From: an uncultured Bdellovibrionales bacterium
Lineage (GTDB): Bacteria; Bdellovibrionota_C; UBA2361; SZUA-149; CAZDIO01
DNA: 64,000 nt
Direction: 5' to 3'
NCBI GenBank assembly: GCA_964505555.1
Contig: CAZDIO010000026.1
Location: 2,924-66,923 of the forward strand
Shown: piece after piece, positions 57,613-64,000 of the stretch
Layout: each line of letters opens with the position of its first letter
Numbering within the stretch: position 1 is the stretch's first letter
Notes under the pieces: generated by a model
Told to the model about the DNA's origin: nothing
Databases searched by the model: none
The model's input: only the letters and a program-made list of their open reading frames with translations
Program-made: the position numbers and the translations under genes

Positions 57613-57891
57613 ATGTTAGCTTATTTTCTCCAGATCCGGATCTGGAAAATGATCCACATACGGATCGTATTTGACCGCACCTTAGCTTGCATGAAACTAC
57701 GCAAGCGACTAGCAAAGCGATTGAAGCAATTGAAAGGAGACTCGAAACAAGCTGAGTTCGCCAGGAGGATCGGAATAGGTCAGGCTTCTTTGAATCGCAT
57801 TCTCCAAGCCGAGCAAAGCGTAAGTTTGGACCTTTTAGAGACCATCTGTAATAGTCTTCGGATTGATGTCACGGAGCTGCTTCGCGAATAG
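57613..57891 (+). CDS. XRE-family HTH regulator
   Basis: 'KQAEFARRIGIGQASLNRILQAEQSVSLDLLETICNSL'. The likely start is the ATG at 57691. It is divergent from the ArsR-zor operon. Confidence 0.65.
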   Translation: MLAYFLQIRIWKMIHIRIVFDRTLACMKLRKRLAKRLKQLKGDSKQAEFARRIGIGQASLNRILQAEQSVSLDLLETICNSLRIDVTELLRE

Positions 57892-58067
57892 ATGTTCATA
57901 ATTTCCGGACTATTGGTTTAAGCTTGCCACTATTTTTACAGCTTCCGTCTTTACCCGTCAGATACGGGCTGTCCCTTATATCGGATAGTTCAAGCCTGAA
58001 ATGACGAAACAAGCACTTTAGTGTATTTCTACAAAGAATACGGGATAGTGGATCAATTATCTTTCTA

Positions 58068-58625
58068 ATGGCAACAGAAGATTTTTACTTATTAAGCGTG
58101 CTGGAGGAAATTCTTCCGAAAGACAAACAAGCCGGAATAGATCCATCTATCATAATTGAGCACGTGCACATAAGTCGATCACTCAGGTTTGAGGGCGAAG
58201 GTCTACAAGAAAATTTCCGGTTTTCTGGCATCGGCGAATATATGCTTCACCCCACATCTTGGGAGCCGCGCTATAAATCGATAGATTGCGATTTCGTATT
58301 TGTTTGCGCCGCAGATCGTCCCGAGAAAAGCGTTGAGTTAAAATCCAATAACGGACTTTTTGGAGTCTTAACAACATTCAAAGGAGACGATTCGCCAATT
58401 CTAGAAGGTGAAGTCGTAGTTAGTAATGAAATTTATGATCGGCTTTCCCAATACTTGATCGACTTCGATTATGGCGGTCGAAATGAAATTTATTTTTCAA
58501 TTTCAGTTCGTCGCGCTAACCATCTCGACAACTATTTGGCAATATCTAGTTTTTGTTGCAAATATGGAATTGCACCGAAAAAACAAGATAAAAATGGGGA
58601 AGGCAGTATTGAAGATCTACTGTGA
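58068..58625 (+). CDS. hypothetical protein A of an uncharacterised three-gene cassette
   Basis: 185-aa ORF with no motif I recognise. The next ORF follows after 34 nt. Confidence 0.4.
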   Translation: MATEDFYLLSVLEEILPKDKQAGIDPSIIIEHVHISRSLRFEGEGLQENFRFSGIGEYMLHPTSWEPRYKSIDCDFVFVCAADRPEKSVELKSNNGLFGVLTTFKGDDSPILEGEVVVSNEIYDRLSQYLIDFDYGGRNEIYFSISVRRANHLDNYLAISSFCCKYGIAPKKQDKNGEGSIEDLL

Positions 58626-58659
58626 ACAAACTACCATCCAACTTACCGTGCGCGAATAA

Positions 58660-61209
58660 TTGGGCGGAATGGAATTTATGAAAGGTTTTCCTTCGGCTCT
58701 TTACAACTTCAAAGCTTACTGGTGGGGGCGCGCACGCCTTGAAACAATTTTTCAGAAAGCACATTTGAGGAGACTACGCTTAAAAGATTCAATTGCGGAC
58801 CGCTCTTTGTCGGTACGAATCTTGGTTCAGATAGGCTGGGCAATTATTCCGACTCTTATTGTTGCAGCTTCACTTGTAGCGTTGTGTGAGTTGGGAGAAG
58901 CATTCCTAAGAGAACACTTACATAATCTTTTTAACGGGGTTGGTAGCGCTCCTGCAAAGGAGTTCATTCTCTCCTTTGTAGGATTAGTCGCTCAAATAGC
59001 AGGAATATTTCTTGGCCTTTATTATGCTGCTCTAGGTGTTGTTGTTAGCACGGCATACGCTAAACTTCCTAACCAACTGAGATGGCTATTGCTGAAAGAA
59101 CGAATTGGAAATCTCTATATCTTTCTGACTACCGTCTTAGCAGCCATGGCATTGATAACACTTTCGTTGTGGGGCTTTGGTTATCAGACAGGATATTTGA
59201 ATCTGTTAGTAATTTGTCTATTGAGCGTATCATCTGTTTTGAGCTTTGTTCGATTTGGTCAGCACGTTTTTAACCTATTTGATATCACGAGTGTTTTGGA
59301 GGAGCCTTATAGGATTATTCTTCGTTCCGTTGACCGAGTATCATCAGTAAAACTAAGGGACTACTCTAGCATACAAGAGTTGAGCCGATATCGTGTTAAA
59401 CAAGCACTACAAGCCTTTAATGATGTTATTGTAGTTTCTACAAATTTGGAATTTGATCGAGACCGCCTCATGACGAGGCTTCTTAGATACCTCCTTGCCA
59501 CATTAGCTAATTACGTTGGGAACAAAGGAAAGATCGCAACTGCGTCAAAATGGTTTCCCTCCATCTATCACCATAGAAACTGGCTCACATCTGATTCAAT
59601 ATATATTACAACCTCGTTGTCTACCGGCGCACCTCTTTTCCCTACTGAAGTTCAGGATGTCAATTGGTTCGAAGATGAAATATTACGGCTGAGCAATGCT
59701 GCCCTCAAGTCACTGTTAGACGGCAAAGATGAAGCAGCTTACAAGCACGCTTATAGCGCAATCATGGCAGCAGTAGCTTCTTTGACAGCACGACATACTG
59801 TAATCGAAGCGAATCAGCTGGTCCAAAATACAACTAATACTGTAAGATCCTTTCTAAACGAATTAGCCACCGCTAATTCACTTGATGTTCACCAGTTGAA
59901 GCCTTCCGCACTCAACCAGCTTCTATCTTTACACTGCTACACATATGCACAGTTAGTTGTTGGAATGGGCCATGCGGCAACGGGGCTTACGCTCCAACGT
60001 CTTGAGGACTTAGCAGCTATGTTGATAGCAACTCCCGGTCACCTTGACCGCAAGGTTAATATATTGCCTCGTAGGATCCTTGATGAGTTCTATCGACTGT
60101 CAGACTTGATTAAGTTCGAACGAAGCGTAGAACGGACTGTTATCACAAGCAAATGGTATATTGTTCAGATTTTTGAACTAGCTTTAGTGCGCCATCTCAA
60201 CGAGATAGTTGAGCAGACTTATGAAAGAGTTGCAGCATTCTTTGAACCAGAGTCTTTCCTTTCAGATACCTTCCCGTCAACCCCCGCGATCCCATCTCAT
60301 CTTGAATGCTACAGAGCCATGATCGGGATTGAGGTAATGGAAAAGCTTCTGTTTCAACTCAATAGGTTAAGAGTAGTCTACCGTGATATCCAAGGGCGAC
60401 GTCGCGCTGACGATATTCCGTTTCCTGCAATTGATTTTGATGATTTTAAGAATCGCGTTGCTGCTTTGAAACGCACATTAGTTCTTAGATTAATTACGCA
60501 TGCTACCACAATTGGATACAAGGAACGTCAACCAAGCATTCCTGACTTTTTCGGACAAGCATATTTCTTTGCGGTAGAGGAAGCTCGTCAGTGCCTTGCT
60601 CGTGATGATGAACAACTCTTCACAACATTTTTTGCCAGAGCGTTTTCTCTAGCTTTCATGAGTTACGAAAACGTTTCGCGTGAATTGAAAGGCCACCCCG
60701 ATAACACTCGTGTAATCTTCATGACGGAGAGTCTAGAGGATATAATATGTCTTTCTGGTTTGGCCTTTATCTATGCGGAATTGGTTAACATGAGCTTCTC
60801 TGAGACTGTCATAAAAATTTGGGACAAGTATCTAAACTCCGTCGAGGATCGAGCTTCAGTGATTCGATTCTTGTTAATAACAATTGATTATAGAAAGAAC
60901 GAGTTTAGCTTGAAACCACGATCCGTGATTCGGGGAATGTGGGAACAAGAGCTGGCTTTAGACTTTAGAAAGCGTGGATTGCTCAAAGGCGATTGGATGG
61001 GAATGTACTCTTCCAGTTCGAAAGATGAAAAAGTGCACCAAAGTGCGCTAATTCGAACTCTGAGCCGATCATTTCTGATGATGGGGAATCTGTTGGAAGT
61101 ATTCGTTTCTTTGTACCTATTGAAACAGCCCGAGACTAATGGGATCGAAATTCCTGCATCAGTGGAATCTTTTCAACGCTCCTTACAAAAAGCGGAGAAT
61201 GATGAGTAG
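58660..61209 (+). CDS. hypothetical large membrane protein B (4 N-terminal TM helices plus ~600-aa helical soluble domain)
   Basis: TM helices: 'ILVQIGWAIIPTLIVAASLVAL', 'FILSFVGLVAQIAGIFLGLYYAALGVVV', 'LYIFLTTVLAAMALITLSLWGF', 'LNLLVICLLSVSSVLSFV'. The rest has no recognised catalytic motif. Start at 58660 (TTG), 58669 or 58678. Confidence 0.45.
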   Translation: MGGMEFMKGFPSALYNFKAYWWGRARLETIFQKAHLRRLRLKDSIADRSLSVRILVQIGWAIIPTLIVAASLVALCELGEAFLREHLHNLFNGVGSAPAKEFILSFVGLVAQIAGIFLGLYYAALGVVVSTAYAKLPNQLRWLLLKERIGNLYIFLTTVLAAMALITLSLWGFGYQTGYLNLLVICLLSVSSVLSFVRFGQHVFNLFDITSVLEEPYRIILRSVDRVSSVKLRDYSSIQELSRYRVKQALQAFNDVIVVSTNLEFDRDRLMTRLLRYLLATLANYVGNKGKIATASKWFPSIYHHRNWLTSDSIYITTSLSTGAPLFPTEVQDVNWFEDEILRLSNAALKSLLDGKDEAAYKHAYSAIMAAVASLTARHTVIEANQLVQNTTNTVRSFLNELATANSLDVHQLKPSALNQLLSLHCYTYAQLVVGMGHAATGLTLQRLEDLAAMLIATPGHLDRKVNILPRRILDEFYRLSDLIKFERSVERTVITSKWYIVQIFELALVRHLNEIVEQTYERVAAFFEPESFLSDTFPSTPAIPSHLECYRAMIGIEVMEKLLFQLNRLRVVYRDIQGRRRADDIPFPAIDFDDFKNRVAALKRTLVLRLITHATTIGYKERQPSIPDFFGQAYFFAVEEARQCLARDDEQLFTTFFARAFSLAFMSYENVSRELKGHPDNTRVIFMTESLEDIICLSGLAFIYAELVNMSFSETVIKIWDKYLNSVEDRASVIRFLLITIDYRKNEFSLKPRSVIRGMWEQELALDFRKRGLLKGDWMGMYSSSSKDEKVHQSALIRTLSRSFLMMGNLLEVFVSLYLLKQPETNGIEIPASVESFQRSLQKAENDE

Positions 61210-62140
61210 TACCATTGTAAAGAAACTATTTAGCCTGATTCACAAAAGGCGAAGCATCCGCTTTTCGGATCACCTTGGTATGTACGGACACATGTTTTAT
61301 GAGGACGTTAGTTTGGCTATAATGCCATACGATCGAATCCATTCTGAACCTCGCTATGTTCTCCAACTGACCGAAGGAGACCCTGCAAAAGAAGAGCAGC
61401 TAAGGCTAGCAATTGATCAAGGGTCAAGCTGGAATCTTAAGGAGTCAGTCGAAAATTTCATTAGAGAAACTGCAAAGTCTTTAATCTATCATGGCCGGAC
61501 TTACTACAGCATTAATTACTTTGAAGGAACAGAGAAGCGTTTTGAAATAGTCCGAGTCTGGCCAGATCAGGTACTTTCGATATTCGGAATGCATATACCG
61601 TTGTATGATACTCTTCGTTACTCTCGAGCCAAAAATGGTTGTAAAAAGAGTGAGATTGTTTGCTTCAAACTGCCCCACTCCTGTCGGTCGGCACTAACCC
61701 TGCTTCGAACATTATCTACGATCAACCCTTCGCACCTACCTGAATTCGCAATGAAGCAGTACGATCCTGAAATCACTCTTTCTGAGCGTGTTCCTGTAAG
61801 TTTCGCCGCAATTCGAATGTCGGAAGAGATCCGCCTCGCTAAGCTAACTAAAGACATTGGCTGGAATGGTCGTGGCTTACTTTCGGAGCGAATGACAGAG
61901 CACTATTGGCTTACCCGACAGTTGCGTTTTGAGCGATTTCTCGCTCAACTCAGAGGGACAATCATGAGCAGTTTTAACAATTTACTGGCACAGGTTGATA
62001 AGAAAATAGGATTCTCTTGTCGTCTTAAGCTTGAAGGAATTGCAACTGAAGTAGATGTTGATAGTTCAGAGCAGATCCTCGAGGATGGAAGTGGTCCATT
62101 TTCTCTTGTAATGAAGCCATTTCGGTCTCGGACAGTGTAA
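61139..62140 (+). CDS. hypothetical protein C of the cassette
   Basis: The ORF overlaps the end of protein B. The more likely start is the ATG at 61199 (GGAG upstream, 11-nt overlap with the B stop). No recognised motif. Confidence 0.4.
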   Translation: MGSKFLHQWNLFNAPYKKRRMMSSTIVKKLFSLIHKRRSIRFSDHLGMYGHMFYEDVSLAIMPYDRIHSEPRYVLQLTEGDPAKEEQLRLAIDQGSSWNLKESVENFIRETAKSLIYHGRTYYSINYFEGTEKRFEIVRVWPDQVLSIFGMHIPLYDTLRYSRAKNGCKKSEIVCFKLPHSCRSALTLLRTLSTINPSHLPEFAMKQYDPEITLSERVPVSFAAIRMSEEIRLAKLTKDIGWNGRGLLSERMTEHYWLTRQLRFERFLAQLRGTIMSSFNNLLAQVDKKIGFSCRLKLEGIATEVDVDSSEQILEDGSGPFSLVMKPFRSRTV

Positions 62141-62233
62141 TATTCTAATGCAAGAACGGTCAATCCGGTTATAGTACTCAATCAGTTGTTTACGAATCTC
62201 GAGATCAATCATATCTTTCGTCTCCAGTGTATG

Positions 62234-62785
62234 TCAGCGAATCAACAGGGGAGCAATTGCATGAAACGAAATCTTACGTTTACCTCCATCTGAAAGGAGA
62301 TAAACGAGTGCAGTCAAAGTCGTTCCCGTCGTTACAATATCATCAACGAGCAGTACTTTCGCTTCATCACGTAAGGGAAATTCATCGATTATCTCCCAGG
62401 AATTTAGGAGATCTTGAAATCCTATCGCTCCGCCAGTTGCAAGTACGCTTTGTGAATGTTTGCAAATTGATTCACTAAGATCCATAGAAATATTCATCGC
62501 TTCAACGAGGTTATGTGTGTATTCTCGCGCAAAAGGGAATCGCGATGGTGGACTAATTGCACAATCAAACCCTAAAGCAAGAATTTCTTCCATCAGTCGG
62601 CTAGATAACGAATGGCGAAGCTTGTCATACTCATCCGAAAGTATCCCTGCAGTGAACCCTAGTCGAGCCGCTTGCAGGTACTGCAATCCGATCAAATCGG
62701 GTGGTTCGTTCTTGTAAATAGCCAAATAGTTGAATAGGATCTCTCGGCTAAACCCAAGAAATTTTATCTCAAATGTTTCAAACAT
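62234..62785 (-). CDS. stand-alone phosphoribosyltransferase-domain protein (ComF-like type I PRTase)
   Basis: The PRPP-binding loop 'KVLLVDDIVTTGTTL' lies near the C-terminus. No N-terminal zinc finger. Confidence 0.7.
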   Translation of the reverse strand: MFETFEIKFLGFSREILFNYLAIYKNEPPDLIGLQYLQAARLGFTAGILSDEYDKLRHSLSSRLMEEILALGFDCAISPPSRFPFAREYTHNLVEAMNISMDLSESICKHSQSVLATGGAIGFQDLLNSWEIIDEFPLRDEAKVLLVDDIVTTGTTLTALVYLLSDGGKRKISFHAIAPLLIR

Positions 62786-62923
62786 TTACCGACTCAGTAC
62801 GGACTTTTCCTTCAAACGCTTGGGAATTATATTGTTTAAAGAACAATATGATTCATTACCAGGATTATTTGCCGACCGCACGCGCCCCATGTACAATTGG
62901 CCATTGAAAAATGGATAACGTAG

Positions 62924-63451
62924 ATGGTTACGCTTTCCGGAGTATGGACATTTATCGTGATTCTCCTGGCGTTAGCGCTGGGCATTGTGTTGATCTATCT
63001 CGGATTTGCTGCCATAGGCTTTGCCTTGTCGTTGCCATTTCTTATCGCAGGCGCAATTCTTGGACTACTCGCAGCGGCCATCGGAATCCTTCTAGGGATT
63101 TTTAAAGAGATCGTTTTTGTCGTAGGCCAGAGACTACGTCTCATATTTGTATTCAAAGCGGCTTCACATAGCCAAAGTAGGAATAAGAAGACGGGACATC
63201 AGACGTACCAAGAAGACAACCGACAAGATAAACAGCATGTTCAACGCTCGCAACAAAGTTCCTTTGACCCCTACAATATTCTCCAAGTCGCCCCAGGCGC
63301 AAACTTGGTTGCAATTAAGACTGCGTATCACCAGCAGATGACAAGATATCATCCCGATAAAGTCGCACACCTTGGTGAGGAGCTTCAAGCTTTAGCTGAA
63401 GAAAAGGCAAAGATGATTCAAAGAGCTTACTCAGCACTAAGTAGTCATTGA
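62924..63451 (+). CDS. membrane-anchored J-domain (DnaJ-like) protein
   Basis: Two N-terminal TM helices. The C-terminal 'DPYNILQVAPGANLVAIKTAYHQQMTRYHPDK' carries the HPD motif. Confidence 0.7.
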   Translation: MVTLSGVWTFIVILLALALGIVLIYLGFAAIGFALSLPFLIAGAILGLLAAAIGILLGIFKEIVFVVGQRLRLIFVFKAASHSQSRNKKTGHQTYQEDNRQDKQHVQRSQQSSFDPYNILQVAPGANLVAIKTAYHQQMTRYHPDKVAHLGEELQALAEEKAKMIQRAYSALSSH

Positions 63452-64000
63452 TTGGGTTTCTGATTCGACGGATCTTCATTCAGCACTTGATCTTTGAAAC
63501 TCTGATCGGTGTTCTCTGCCCGAGCCTTCACTTTGGCAGTGGAAGACCAAATTCTCTCCGAAGCATTTTGCCGTCCATATCGGCCAAGCAAACTATTAAC
63601 ACCACTCACCGCTACAGCACCCGTCGCTATAAGCGCTGCTTGAGCGGTAGCACTTCCCATGGGTTGCCCATTGTCATTTCGCCGTGTAGCATAATTCATG
63701 GATGTAGCGCGGGCCGTGTTTACAAATGACTCACCAAAATTGGCAGTTCCGCGCGCAAACGCCCGACCAAGTTGAAGTCCTCCTCCAAATCCGAGAGCCG
63801 CTGCTGCTATTCCTCCAGAAGACATTTGCGGCGCCCCTGAAGAGAGTCCGCCAATAATCTTTGGAAGATTCCAGACGAGCACGGCATAGAGCGCAGAAGC
63901 AAGACCGACTAACATGAACGCGTTAACGTCATCTGACCCGTGCTGGATAATTACATCCGCCCAAATAGTTGCAATGTCCAGTCCAGCTCCGATAAGCAAG
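63445..64000 (-). CDS. C-terminal part of a Gly-rich integral membrane protein (TrbL/VirB6-like?), 5'-truncated by the window edge
   Basis: The frame is open to the window end. It has TM segments, and the 'GGLSSGAPQMSSGGIAAAALGFGGGLQ' tail is reminiscent of VirB6/TrbL C-termini. The family is not verifiable here. Confidence 0.3.
   Translation of the reverse strand, partial: LLIGAGLDIATIWADVIIQHGSDDVNAFMLVGLASALYAVLVWNLPKIIGGLSSGAPQMSSGGIAAAALGFGGGLQLGRAFARGTANFGESFVNTARATSMNYATRRNDNGQPMGSATAQAALIATGAVAVSGVNSLLGRYGRQNASERIWSSTAKVKARAENTDQSFKDQVLNEDPSNQKPNQ

Larger units (their letters stand above)
12064..64000. mobile_element. Integrative and conjugative element (ICE-like), left end at the second tRNA-Leu repeat, right end outside the window
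   Basis: An att repeat plus integrase sits at the left end. Inside are TraF S26 peptidase, relaxase, TraG/VirD4, RHH protein, ParB, and RadC/ArdC leading-region genes, together with metal-resistance and defence cargo. No third copy of the 56-bp repeat occurs in the window. Confidence 0.7.

Noticed and set aside
62234-62785. Retron-type system built around the PRTase
   Set aside because: No reverse transcriptase ORF lies within several kb, and I saw no obvious msr/msd-like inverted repeats next to the gene. I kept it only as an unexplained PRTase.
63445-64000. Confident TrbL/VirB6 assignment
   Set aside because: Only the Gly-rich membrane C-terminus is visible. The gene would be the last of its operon and is oppositely oriented to traG, which is atypical for trbL. 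I kept it as a low-confidence partial CDS.

Overview
64 kb from a diderm (Gram-negative-type) bacterium; I cannot assign a taxon from sequence alone. The window is mostly mobile DNA. Positions 1-4.9 kb look chromosomal: a minus-strand operon of a GH3-family adenylating enzyme, an FAH-family hydrolase and two alpha/beta hydrolases, followed by a small nucleotidyltransferase-fold gene. A perfect 56-bp direct repeat occurs at 4937-4992 and again at 12064-12119. It corresponds to the 3' part of a minus-strand tRNA-Leu(CAG), from the anticodon stem to the discriminator base. Each copy is followed by a P4-type tyrosine integrase, which indicates two integrative elements in tandem. Island A (about 7.1 kb) carries an integrase, AbiEi/AbiEii plus a translationally coupled DEDDh exonuclease, a decayed radC remnant, and GC-rich cargo encoding lipoproteins and a membrane protein. 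Element B is an ICE-like element of more than 52 kb that runs off the right edge. It carries an integrase, PIN/AbrB and XRE toxin-antitoxin-type genes, and a large heavy-metal block (P-type ATPase, Cys-rich copper-binding proteins, two RND tripartite efflux systems around an ECF sigma/anti-sigma pair). It also carries a leading-region-like module (nested hairpins, RadC-JAB, ArdC, ORF6N) and a DNA-processing module (TraF S26 peptidase, a giant 1383-aa relaxase with internal repeats, TraG/VirD4 coupling protein, RHH protein). Further right are ParB, a 479-aa protein built of 12 tandem CxxC...CxxC repeats, and a sigma-54 response regulator with its own sigma-54 promoter. The right end holds a defence-type cargo cluster: an ArsR-fronted type I Zorya-like operon (zorABCD), then an uncharacterised XRE plus three-gene cassette, a stand-alone PRTase and a membrane J-domain protein. 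The best candidates for something new are the XRE + three-gene cassette next to Zorya, the 12x zinc-ribbon repeat protein, an over-represented frame-independent 8-mer (GCGACTCT) across the transfer leading region, and the repeat-expanded relaxase. No CRISPR array, rRNA or intact tRNA was seen.
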